Assembly (NCBI GenBank): GCA_039028615.1
Contig: JBCCHT010000025.1
Location: 1 to 64,000 of the forward strand
Origin: Myxococcota bacterium
GTDB taxonomy: Bacteria > Myxococcota_A > Polyangia > Nannocystales > Nannocystaceae
DNA length: 64,000 bases
Direction: 5' to 3'
The position numbers and the translations under genes are program-made. The notes beneath the pieces are model-generated. The model was given only the letters and a program-made list of their open reading frames with translations, did no database searches and was not told the origin of the DNA. Positions 20,078 through 30,290 of the stretch are shown here, piece by piece; position 1 is the stretch's first letter; each line of letters starts with the position of its first letter.

Positions 20078-20791
20078 TCAGCCCTCGGGTGTCCAAGGTT
20101 TTTTCGACTCGGCCTCGTTCATCGCCGCCCGCAGTAATCCTCGCGCCTTGACCAACCGACTTCGCATCGCGGAATGAGAGATGCCCATGACCTCCGCGAT
20201 CTTCCCCGCGTGCATGCCTTGCCAATAAAACAGCTCCAAGACTCGTCGATGGGTCTCGGGTAGGCGCTGCAGTGCCTCGCGGACGCGTCGCTCGTCCACG
20301 CCGCGCCCGATCACGGCCACGGGGCTGGGCATCGACGACGGCATCTCGTCGATCTGTGGTTCGACGCGGTCATCAGTGGCCCGCCGACGGATGTGCTCGA
20401 GCAGCACGTTGCGGGCGATGCCCATGACGAAGGCCCGCACCGCGATGCCCTCGCGTACGCGGTCTCTGCCTTCGATCAGCCGCAAGAAGGTCATTTGCAC
20501 GAGGTCCTCGTGACCCTGGCCCACCTTCTTCTCGAAAAATCGCGTCACCGCCCCGACGTGCCGCTGGTGCAGCGTGCGACCGGCCCGGGCATCACCACCG
20601 CGCCAGGCTTCGAGGAGTTCGGCGTCTTCGTTCCAGTCGCGCTCGGCCCCGGGCGCGGCCTTGTGCGGGCCGGCGTCGACCTTGGCCCCCGGACGATACG
20701 GAGACCGACTCGCGGCCGCGCATCGCCACCCGGACCCTCCACGATGGCGGGCAACGGACGACTCGGCATGACGACAACACTTCGACTTCAT
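20078..20791 (-). CDS. ECF sigma-70 factor (true start probably downstream of 20791)
   Basis: DAELLEAWRGGD, EDLVQMTF, FVMGIARN, LPETHRRVLELFYW, IAEVMGIS..AMRSRL..AR. Confidence 0.88.
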   Translation of the reverse strand: MKSKCCRHAESSVARHRGGSGWRCAAASRSPYRPGAKVDAGPHKAAPGAERDWNEDAELLEAWRGGDARAGRTLHQRHVGAVTRFFEKKVGQGHEDLVQMTFLRLIEGRDRVREGIAVRAFVMGIARNVLLEHIRRRATDDRVEPQIDEMPSSMPSPVAVIGRGVDERRVREALQRLPETHRRVLELFYWQGMHAGKIAEVMGISHSAMRSRLVKARGLLRAAMNEAESKKPWTPEG

Positions 20792-20981
20792 CTCGACCCA
20801 ACGCTCTGCTCAACCCAACATTGTTGGGGATACGTCGGAGCCGAACCGCCGGCTTGAACGATTCGGCTGAAGGGATGAACCGACGCTCCCAAGGGAACGA
20901 GCGAAAGCGCGGACACGCTCGCGAGGGCCCTCGGTTGCCTGCCACGAGACGGAAGTTGAAATTCGCGAACTTTCGCCATAG

Positions 20982-23000
<2,019 letters not shown>

Positions 23001-23003
23001 AAA

Positions 23004-23033
23004 TCGGGGCCCGTGCCAAAGCACGGGCCCCGA
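23004..23033. terminator. Hairpin terminator between convergent genes
   Basis: Perfect 13-bp stem tcggggcccgtgc-caaa-gcacgggccccga; U-tail on - strand. Confidence 0.85.
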
Positions 23034-23062
23034 AGGTTGGACGACCGGGGTGGTCGGTCGAG

Positions 23063-23728
23063 CTAGCGGGTGCGGCGGTTGGGATCGCGGCTCCACACGT
23101 GGCGGGAGTAGACGAACACCACCACCACCATGGCCACGAGACCGCCGAGCAACGTCGACAGGACGGTGCTGCTACCTCCGAGCAGGCCGGCCACCATCAT
23201 GGCGCCACCGAGGCCGACGAAGATGCGCCCGGCGAGTCGGTTGGTCTTGTCCCACGACAGATCGCTCGAGAGGGTCCACGGGGTGCGAACACCGACGAAG
23301 TGGTTCGAGCGAAGCTTGCCCATGAGGTTGCCGATGGCGACGAGCAACAAGCCCAAGGAGACCGGCAGGACCAGGCTCATGGAGAGGGCATGGCCCGTGG
23401 CCTCGAGCACCACCGCGCCGTGAAGCATGGTGATGAAGGCGAGCACCGCGACGCGGATGGCATCGTAGGCGCCGCGGGAGCGGCGGAGGTTCTCGCGACG
23501 CGGGGCGAAGCGAGGAGCCAGCGCCATCACGACGCTGAGGATCAGCCCGACGATGGGCATCATGAACAGCCCCTCGACCCTGCCACCGTAGCGGTCCGGC
23601 TGAAGGTCGAAGCCCCAGTGGACGGGGATCGACGCGTCGGCGGGGACCTGCGGCCAGGCCCAGACCGATGCTCCGAACATGAGCGCGGTGAGAACGAAGC
23701 AGGAACGACGAAGGAAGGTCTTGTTCAT
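23063..23728 (-). CDS. SdpI-family membrane immunity protein (DUF1648 + SdpI)
   Basis: IPVHW...PDRYG, GN.MGK...N.FVGVRTPWTLSS..WDKTNR..G. Confidence 0.9.
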   Translation of the reverse strand: MNKTFLRRSCFVLTALMFGASVWAWPQVPADASIPVHWGFDLQPDRYGGRVEGLFMMPIVGLILSVVMALAPRFAPRRENLRRSRGAYDAIRVAVLAFITMLHGAVVLEATGHALSMSLVLPVSLGLLLVAIGNLMGKLRSNHFVGVRTPWTLSSDLSWDKTNRLAGRIFVGLGGAMMVAGLLGGSSTVLSTLLGGLVAMVVVVFVYSRHVWSRDPNRRTR

Positions 23729-24051
23729 GACTGGGTCTTGGGTACTCCCGGGTTGGTCAGAGGGTTGGGGGGAAGCGGGGCCGCGGGTGCGGCCTGGACA
23801 TCGAACGCGCTCATCAGCGCCCACAGGGCTTCTTCGAGCACGGACACGTTGAGTCGATAGGTGATGGTGCTGCCGCGACGGTCGCCCTGGATGAGGCCCG
23901 CCCGCTTGAGCACGCCGAAGTGGCCCGACAGCGTGGGTCGAGCGAGCTCGAAGTGCTCGGCGAGCTGGCCCGCGGTCAGGTCGCGCTCGCGAAGCAGAGC
24001 CAGGATGCGACGTCGACTCGGGTCGGCCAGCGCCTTGTAGATTCCGTCCAC
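23725..24051 (-). CDS. ArsR-family repressor, SdpR-like
   Basis: YKALADPSRRRILALL..DLTAGQLAEHF...TLSGHF.VLK.AGL...G.TITY.LN.SVLEE; ATGA overlap with the sdpI-like gene. Confidence 0.9.
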   Translation of the reverse strand: MDGIYKALADPSRRRILALLRERDLTAGQLAEHFELARPTLSGHFGVLKRAGLIQGDRRGSTITYRLNVSVLEEALWALMSAFDVQAAPAAPLPPNPLTNPGVPKTQS

Positions 24052-24074
24052 GGGGAGGGATACCCGGGCCTGCG

Positions 24075-24100
24075 TTTTGGTATTTCGCCAACCACCAAAA
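24075..24100. promoter_or_regulatory. Putative SdpR-like operator
   Basis: Inverted repeat TTTTGGT-N12-ACCAAAA just upstream of the ArsR start. Confidence 0.55.
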
Positions 24101-24153
24101 TTCGTACGGTGGGCTGGGCTACACTCCGGCGGCTTCGGCCCCGGCCCCCGACC

Positions 24154-24825
24154 ATGAGTGACGCCTCCCCTGCCCGCCCCTCGTTGTGGCCGACTCGACT
24201 GCTCTGGGCCGGCTTGGGGAGCGTGGTGACGCTGCTGGTGATGCGCGCGATGACGGAGCCGGGACCCGCGGAAGAGTCGAGCCCGAGCCCGACCGCTGCA
24301 GCCGAACCGAACGCGGCCCCAGTCGCGGGGACCGAGCCGTTGCTCGCCCCACCGCCGCCTGCGACCACGCCCGCCGAGGGCTCGGGCACCACCACGAGTG
24401 CCAACGCGACACCCGAGAAGGGCTCGGACTCGACGACGGGTGAACCGGACCTCACCTCGAGCGGCACCGCGACATCCGACGAAGTGGATCTGTCCGGCCT
24501 GCCCGAGATCCCCCTGCCCCGCATGCCCGGCACGCGGTTCATGCAACGCTTCCGCGAGCCGACCGACGACGAGACCGGCTGGATCATCCGACTGACCCTC
24601 TCCGTGCCCGCCTCGGGTTCTCAGGTCGAGACCTTCTATCGCACGGCGCTGCGCGACGAAGGCCTGAAGGTGTGGGGCGGCGGCCCGGCGGGGGCGAGCA
24701 TCGCCGATGGGTATCGCGGCACGCTGCGCGGCCGGGCTCATCACGCGAACGCGGAGGTCATCATCCGCCAGCGCGCGGGTAGGCTCAGCAGCGTGGTTCG
24801 AATCATCTGGACGACACACGACTGA
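24154..24825 (+). CDS. Membrane-anchored hypothetical protein
   Basis: N-terminal TM segment, Pro/Thr linker, small C-terminal alpha/beta domain. Confidence 0.7.
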   Translation: MSDASPARPSLWPTRLLWAGLGSVVTLLVMRAMTEPGPAEESSPSPTAAAEPNAAPVAGTEPLLAPPPPATTPAEGSGTTTSANATPEKGSDSTTGEPDLTSSGTATSDEVDLSGLPEIPLPRMPGTRFMQRFREPTDDETGWIIRLTLSVPASGSQVETFYRTALRDEGLKVWGGGPAGASIADGYRGTLRGRAHHANAEVIIRQRAGRLSSVVRIIWTTHD

Positions 24826-24834
24826 GCGCGTCGC

Positions 24835-25578
24835 TCACCGCACGCAGACCTCGACGTTGTCCACGGCCACGAAGCCCCCGGTGGTGTCCTCGCCGAAGGT
24901 CTGCGCCATCACCAGCGGGTGGGCGTCGGGCATCTCGGCGGGCATCGGGGCGCGGGTCAGCTCCGTCCATGTCTCGCCGTCGTCCGAGCGCTCGAAGATC
25001 ACTTCGCCATCGCTCGCCCGGATGCCGATCCACCCCGGATACGCCTCGACCGCGACCTGCTCTTGGTGGAGCCGATTCGCGTCGTTGCTGGTGAAGACGT
25101 CGACGAAGCCCTGGGTCAGCGCGACGGACAGGATCCACGGCTCGTCGATGACCTGCAGGAACACCAGCACCGGTCGCTCGGGCTGGGGCGGCGTGGGGAC
25201 CTGCATGCGGGCCCACCCGTCGTTGAAGTCCACGTGGTGCAGGTGATTGGCGACGATGCCCGTGTCGAACAGGCCCATGCTGGCCGGCGTGAACTTGACC
25301 CACCCCGACGCCTCCTCGACCACCGCGCCCTCTTCGGTCCAGGTGTTCCACATGTCGGCGTCGAGGACATTGTCGTCGAAGTCGTCGCCGAAGCACACGG
25401 GATCGGCGGCCGCAGCCGTCTCGTCGGCCCCATCGCTGGCCACCTCGGTCGCCGCCCCGGACGACGCACCGCCCGTGCCGTCGAACTGCCCCACGACTTG
25501 ATCGCCGCACGCCGACAGCCCGAGCGCCATCGCCAACGACACGCTCGCACTCGCGATCGCGCTTCGACCCTCCACCAC
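24835..25578 (-). CDS. Lipoprotein with beta-sandwich (lectin-like) domain
   Basis: Lipobox LSAC, DDFDD..LD...W, FERSDDGETW motif; start approximate. Confidence 0.7.
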   Translation of the reverse strand: MVEGRSAIASASVSLAMALGLSACGDQVVGQFDGTGGASSGAATEVASDGADETAAAADPVCFGDDFDDNVLDADMWNTWTEEGAVVEEASGWVKFTPASMGLFDTGIVANHLHHVDFNDGWARMQVPTPPQPERPVLVFLQVIDEPWILSVALTQGFVDVFTSNDANRLHQEQVAVEAYPGWIGIRASDGEVIFERSDDGETWTELTRAPMPAEMPDAHPLVMAQTFGEDTTGGFVAVDNVEVCVR

Positions 25579-25668
25579 GTCGGCAGCGTACCAGACATCC
25601 GTCCCGATCCAATCTCCGCCCCTTGCGCCCGGGGAATGAGGTCGCGACCATGATCGAGGAGTGCGTTG

Positions 25669-26814
25669 ATGTTCAAACCCGGAATCGTCGCCGCCAAGCC
25701 CATGCTCGTGTCGCTGCGAGCCCTGGTGGACGAACGCTTCGACAACGGAGATCGCATCGTGGTGCCCGTGCTCGGCTCGGGCGTGAACCTGCAAGCTGCC
25801 AACGAGGTTGGCGCCCGCGCGCTGCACTGGGAGCGCCTGCTCGGGGAGATCGAAGCGCGCGAAGGCGTGACCTGGGACGGACCGCCGCCGCACAGCATGA
25901 CCGCGCGCTGGGAAGCCATGCTCCAGCGACAGAGCGATCAGCGGGCCTCCGAGCACGAGGCGGTGTTGATCCATACCGTCATCGAAGCGCTCGACGATCA
26001 GACGGAGTCGATCTGGCAAGCGGCGGGAGGACAGGCGCCTCCCCTGTACGGGGACCTGCTCGGCAAGGGCTTCCGCGACCTCGTCAACTTGAACTTCGAC
26101 GATCGCCTGATGCGAGCCTGCGATGATGCTCGCCTGTTCCGTGCCGTCGCCCCCAAGGGCATGACCTTCCGCAAGGGCTCCTCGTTCACCGTGCTGCCGC
26201 AGCTTTATCAGCGGTACCACCGAGCGCTGCCCAACTTCGCCCGGCTATGGCATCCGCATGGCCGCATTCGTTCGAAGACCACGATGGTGCTGGGCGTCGG
26301 TGGCTACGGGCGCTTGATCCCCGACCTCGACATCGGCTGGCGTCGCTACAAGGCCATCGAGCGCGAGTATTGCCACGGCAACGCCCGCGACCGACAGCTC
26401 TTCCCCGAGCCGTGCTCGCGTCGCTCGTGGTCCGAGGCGCAGGTGCATCACTGGATGGAGCATCGCCGCGCCGTCGGCCCCTTCCTCGACAGCGGCGCGC
26501 TCGCCCGCCGCACGCCCTACCGTCGCCCTCACGAGGCGCTGAGCTGGCTCGACGTGTTCTTGATGTCCCCGCTGTTGTTCATCGGCTGCGGCCTGGGCAA
26601 CGACGAGTTCCCGCTTTGGTGGGCGCTTCACCAGCGGGCGCGCAACCATGCCCGGCAACCGATCGAGGCCCGGCCCCCCGCCGTCTTGCTCACCGTGGCC
26701 GACGATCCGCGACAGAGCCCGCAGCTCGATCACCTCCGCGGCGGCCCCAGCGGGCTGTGCACCGTCGTGTTCTCCTCGTGGGACGATCTGTGGGGCTGGG
26801 TGCGATCGATCTGA
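25669..26814 (+). CDS. SIR2-like (SIR2_2) domain protein
   Basis: VPVLGSGVN, W..LL, VNLNFD, WHPHG, LLFIGCGL motifs in order; GAGGA RBS. Confidence 0.8.
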   Translation: MFKPGIVAAKPMLVSLRALVDERFDNGDRIVVPVLGSGVNLQAANEVGARALHWERLLGEIEAREGVTWDGPPPHSMTARWEAMLQRQSDQRASEHEAVLIHTVIEALDDQTESIWQAAGGQAPPLYGDLLGKGFRDLVNLNFDDRLMRACDDARLFRAVAPKGMTFRKGSSFTVLPQLYQRYHRALPNFARLWHPHGRIRSKTTMVLGVGGYGRLIPDLDIGWRRYKAIEREYCHGNARDRQLFPEPCSRRSWSEAQVHHWMEHRRAVGPFLDSGALARRTPYRRPHEALSWLDVFLMSPLLFIGCGLGNDEFPLWWALHQRARNHARQPIEARPPAVLLTVADDPRQSPQLDHLRGGPSGLCTVVFSSWDDLWGWVRSI

Positions 26815-26856
26815 TGCACTGGACCCCGACCGAGCCGACGCGCATGCTCGGGGCGC

Positions 26857-27315
26857 ATGGGCCTTCGCGACTGGCTGCGCCGCAAACCCGAGCCCAAGGC
26901 TCGACCGATTCGGCTGCGCTCGGCCGAAGACTGCGTGCAGCGCTATCGCTCTGCGGGGGCCGACGACAAGGCGGCCATCGAAGGCGCGCGACGGCAGATC
27001 GCCGGGCTCCGCCACGAAATTGCCGACGATGCTCGCTGGGCTCGACTGGTGACCATGGCCCGACAGATCGGCGACCCATGGAACGCCGACGACTGGCCCT
27101 CGGGCTTCGACGGGCTGCTGTGTGCCATCACCCTGTGCACCCACGTCTCGTTCGAGTGCGCTCGCTGCCCCGTGGGACGGCGCCAAGACGGCCGATCCTG
27201 CGCCCACCCGAACACCGCCTTCGGGCGCATCGGCGATCTCGTACGCCGCGACGATCGATCGGGCCTACGAAGTCAGCTCGACTCGATCGAAGCCATCCTC
27301 GACGACGCCGAGTGA
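26857..27315 (+). CDS. Hypothetical protein with Cys cluster (putative metal binding)
   Basis: CAITLC.....CARCPVG......CAH motif; co-oriented 42 bp after the SIR2 gene. Confidence 0.7.
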   Translation: MGLRDWLRRKPEPKARPIRLRSAEDCVQRYRSAGADDKAAIEGARRQIAGLRHEIADDARWARLVTMARQIGDPWNADDWPSGFDGLLCAITLCTHVSFECARCPVGRRQDGRSCAHPNTAFGRIGDLVRRDDRSGLRSQLDSIEAILDDAE

Positions 27316-27318
27316 ACT

Positions 27319-28440
27319 CTACAGGTCGGGACGAATCCGCAGGCCGAGGTTGAGGCCGATGATCGTCTCCGCCTGTCCGCCGAAGCTGGGTCCGCTGACC
27401 TGCTGGCGAAAGCCGAACCCGAGGTCGACCCCCACGCCGCCGAGCTTGGCCGGCTTGACGTAGCCGATGCCGCCCGCGACATAGATCCGGTCATCGGCAC
27501 TGCCCGCGCCCCGACCGTCCCACTGGGTCCCGAAGCGCAGCGGCACCGGTCCGACCACGAACTCCGCGCTGCCGCCATAGAGCAGCCGCGTGTGGTTTTC
27601 GAAGCGGTAGGTGCTGAGGTCGTAGACGCCGTCGAAGTTGAGGCTGAAATCCGGGTGATGCAGCGGAAACACGGACAGGCCGTGCTCGACCGTCAGGGGA
27701 AAGTCCGACAGCTCGGACACCGTGCCCGTGTCGACCGACCCTTCTTGCGCTCCCACTCCGCTGAGATCCAGCTCGCGCTCATCGTCGAACGGCGCGGGGT
27801 GATTGCCCACCAGGTTGTTCGCGACCACCGAGGCCGCCGCCCATCCGGCGAAGTTCACCGTGGCGCTCGTGTCGAGGCCGAAGCTGTTGAGGCGATCATG
27901 GGCGTCGTACGCCACGCCGTCGGTGTCTCGGTAGCGCAGGCTCGAGAAGATGTACTTGGGCTTGAGCCCCACCGACACCCAGCCCTTGACCACCGTGATG
28001 GCGATCGCCGCGAAGGTCTCGTGGGCCACGTGCACCAGATCGAGGTCGGCCGTCGCGGCCGCTTCTCCGTCGGTCGGCACACGAATCGGGTCGTCGCTGA
28101 CCGGCGTGTAGCTCACCGTCGGCGACCCGCGCATCACCAGGTAGCCCAGCCCCACCGAAACCCGGGGATTGTTGAGCGAGTCCATCACCACGAAGCCGAT
28201 GCCGTGGCGGCGCCCCTGGATCCCCAGCTGGTAGATGGGCTCCACCGCGAACGTCTGCGAATACGGCATGTTCGACGGGTTGATCAGTGCCGCGTTCGTG
28301 CCGAACGAGGACGAGCGGCCCACGCTGCCCAAAGAGAGGTTGCGGGTCCCCTCGACCCCGGGGTGCGCCTGCGCCACCGAAGGCAGCGCGAGTGCACCCA
28401 GGCCCAGGCCCAGGCAGGAAATTGCGAGTCGACGAAGCAC
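27319..28440 (-). CDS. Outer-membrane beta-barrel protein (FadL/PorV-like)
   Basis: Signal peptide ending AQA, G.R.LSLG...NPS N-terminal motif, alternating amphipathic strands; start approximate. Confidence 0.7.
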   Translation of the reverse strand: MLRRLAISCLGLGLGALALPSVAQAHPGVEGTRNLSLGSVGRSSSFGTNAALINPSNMPYSQTFAVEPIYQLGIQGRRHGIGFVVMDSLNNPRVSVGLGYLVMRGSPTVSYTPVSDDPIRVPTDGEAAATADLDLVHVAHETFAAIAITVVKGWVSVGLKPKYIFSSLRYRDTDGVAYDAHDRLNSFGLDTSATVNFAGWAAASVVANNLVGNHPAPFDDERELDLSGVGAQEGSVDTGTVSELSDFPLTVEHGLSVFPLHHPDFSLNFDGVYDLSTYRFENHTRLLYGGSAEFVVGPVPLRFGTQWDGRGAGSADDRIYVAGGIGYVKPAKLGGVGVDLGFGFRQQVSGPSFGGQAETIIGLNLGLRIRPDL

Positions 28441-28751
28441 GGAGGATCTGCCCGGTGTGGCCTGCAAACCCCGTGCACGACGGCCCAACCGACGCGATTT
28501 CGAGCCCTGCGGCCGTCCTCGGGGGACATCCTGGCACTCGGCATCCAGCGCCGAGTCATCCTGTCGCCCCGCTGCCGTCACCGGACGCGTGATCGCCTCC
28601 CTGGTGGAGGTCTCGGCGCGTTTGGAGGCACGGGGGAGGCGGATCATCCGGTCTCGGAGAATAGGCGGGGCCAGATCGACGGCCAAAAAACCCCCGAGAC
28701 CGGGCCTGGCGCGGTGCGCTCTGGTCGCGGACCGCGTTACAGTCACTCCAG

Positions 28752-30119
28752 GTGCCGGCTACGGACGATCGCTGGGACGTGGTGGTCGTGGGACTCCGCG
28801 ACCCCTCTCAGGCCAACACGGCGATGGTGGTCGCCGAGCTCGCCCACTACGCGAGCATGCCCACCGACGAGATCGGTCGCGCCCTCGCAAACGACGCCGA
28901 GCTCGAGGTCCTCTCCAAGCTCGATCGAGCCGAGGCCGAGCGCGCCGCGAATGAGCTCCACGAACTCGGCGCCGTCGTCGACCTACGACTCACCCCGAGT
29001 CACAGCGGCGTCTTCCCCGTGTTCAAGCCCGACGCCGATCGCCAGGTCGGCGTCGCCGTGGGTGGAATCATCGACGACTCCGCCACGCCCCCGATGATGG
29101 GCGAGGTCATGGGCAGCCTGCCCGAGGTCGAGCCCGACCCGGAGTCGGGTCGCTTCCCCGCCGCCACTCCGCCGGGCCGAAGGCAACCCAGCCCGCCGCC
29201 CCGAAGTCCCGCGCCGCCCCCCGCTCCCGCGCCTGCGCCCGATCCCCTCGACCTGCTGCCCATGGGTGACTCTGGCGTCCATGCCGTGCTCGAGGACCTC
29301 GGGGGTCCTCCCGGCATCGTCGACGACACCCCGAGTGCCCCGCCGCCCAGCGCCGCGCCCACCCTGCAGGGACCCGAGCTGGGGTCTCAGGATCTGCTCC
29401 CGGACCATCTGCAGAACAAGCAGCGCAGCCTCGGGGGCAGCCCCCGGCCGTCTCCGAGCCAGGCCCCGCGCCCGCAGGCCAAGCCCTCGCGCCCCGAGTC
29501 GACCGGTCGCGCCCGCAAGCCGCCGGGTTCTCCGGGTTCTCCGAGCGGTGGAGCGAGCGCGGCTCAGAAAAAACCCAAGCCCCAGCCGATTCCCACCCCC
29601 GGCGCCAGCGCGTCGCTCGAGCTCGACTTCGAAGCCGTCGGCCTGACCAAGCCCGCCCACAAGGGTGGCGTGCCCACCCAAGCTCCCATGGCGCCCCCCG
29701 GCACCAGTGCACCGGCCACCGAAGGCCTGCCCCGTCGCACCCGGGCCGGCAACATGGGCGGCAGCGGGGCCTCGGCCGCGGGCAAGGACGAGAGCGAGCC
29801 GAACCTCTTCGAGGTCCTGCGCGGCGACCTCGTCGCCCTGTCCCTGTTCATCGTCAGCGCCGCCCTCATCGCCAGCATGGTCACCGCGCTGCAGCTGCAA
29901 CGCAGCGAGGTCCGCGATCTCGTGCCGCCGCTGGAGGAGGAGCTTCAGGCTTCGCTCAATGATCCGGTGGGAGTGGAGCAAGGCGAGCTGCGAGCGCCCG
30001 AGGATGTGGAGGGGGAGATCAAGGGGCTGCTCGGGGACCTCGAGACGAGCTTCTATTTGTGGTGGTTGATCGGCGGCGTCTCGACGGGGTTGGGGATCGC
30101 TCGATTCCTGCGACGGTAG
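28752..30119 (+). CDS. Pro-rich membrane protein with N-terminal L7/L12-CTD-like domain
   Basis: AEAERAANELHELGAVVDL motif, long Pro-rich linker, two C-terminal TM segments. Confidence 0.7.
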   Translation: MPATDDRWDVVVVGLRDPSQANTAMVVAELAHYASMPTDEIGRALANDAELEVLSKLDRAEAERAANELHELGAVVDLRLTPSHSGVFPVFKPDADRQVGVAVGGIIDDSATPPMMGEVMGSLPEVEPDPESGRFPAATPPGRRQPSPPPRSPAPPPAPAPAPDPLDLLPMGDSGVHAVLEDLGGPPGIVDDTPSAPPPSAAPTLQGPELGSQDLLPDHLQNKQRSLGGSPRPSPSQAPRPQAKPSRPESTGRARKPPGSPGSPSGGASAAQKKPKPQPIPTPGASASLELDFEAVGLTKPAHKGGVPTQAPMAPPGTSAPATEGLPRRTRAGNMGGSGASAAGKDESEPNLFEVLRGDLVALSLFIVSAALIASMVTALQLQRSEVRDLVPPLEEELQASLNDPVGVEQGELRAPEDVEGEIKGLLGDLETSFYLWWLIGGVSTGLGIARFLRR

Positions 30120-30290
30120 GACCGAACGGGCCAAAGGCAGAGTTGGCACGGTGCGTCGGCCGGGCAACCCGTCGATGTTGTTCAATTTCGAGCGTCCGGG
30201 TTCGGGCTGCTCTTCAATTCTCACGAACTAATTTTCGACTCGGCGAAATTGAGGCGCACCGAACCACACATTGGGGTCGAAAGCCGACCC

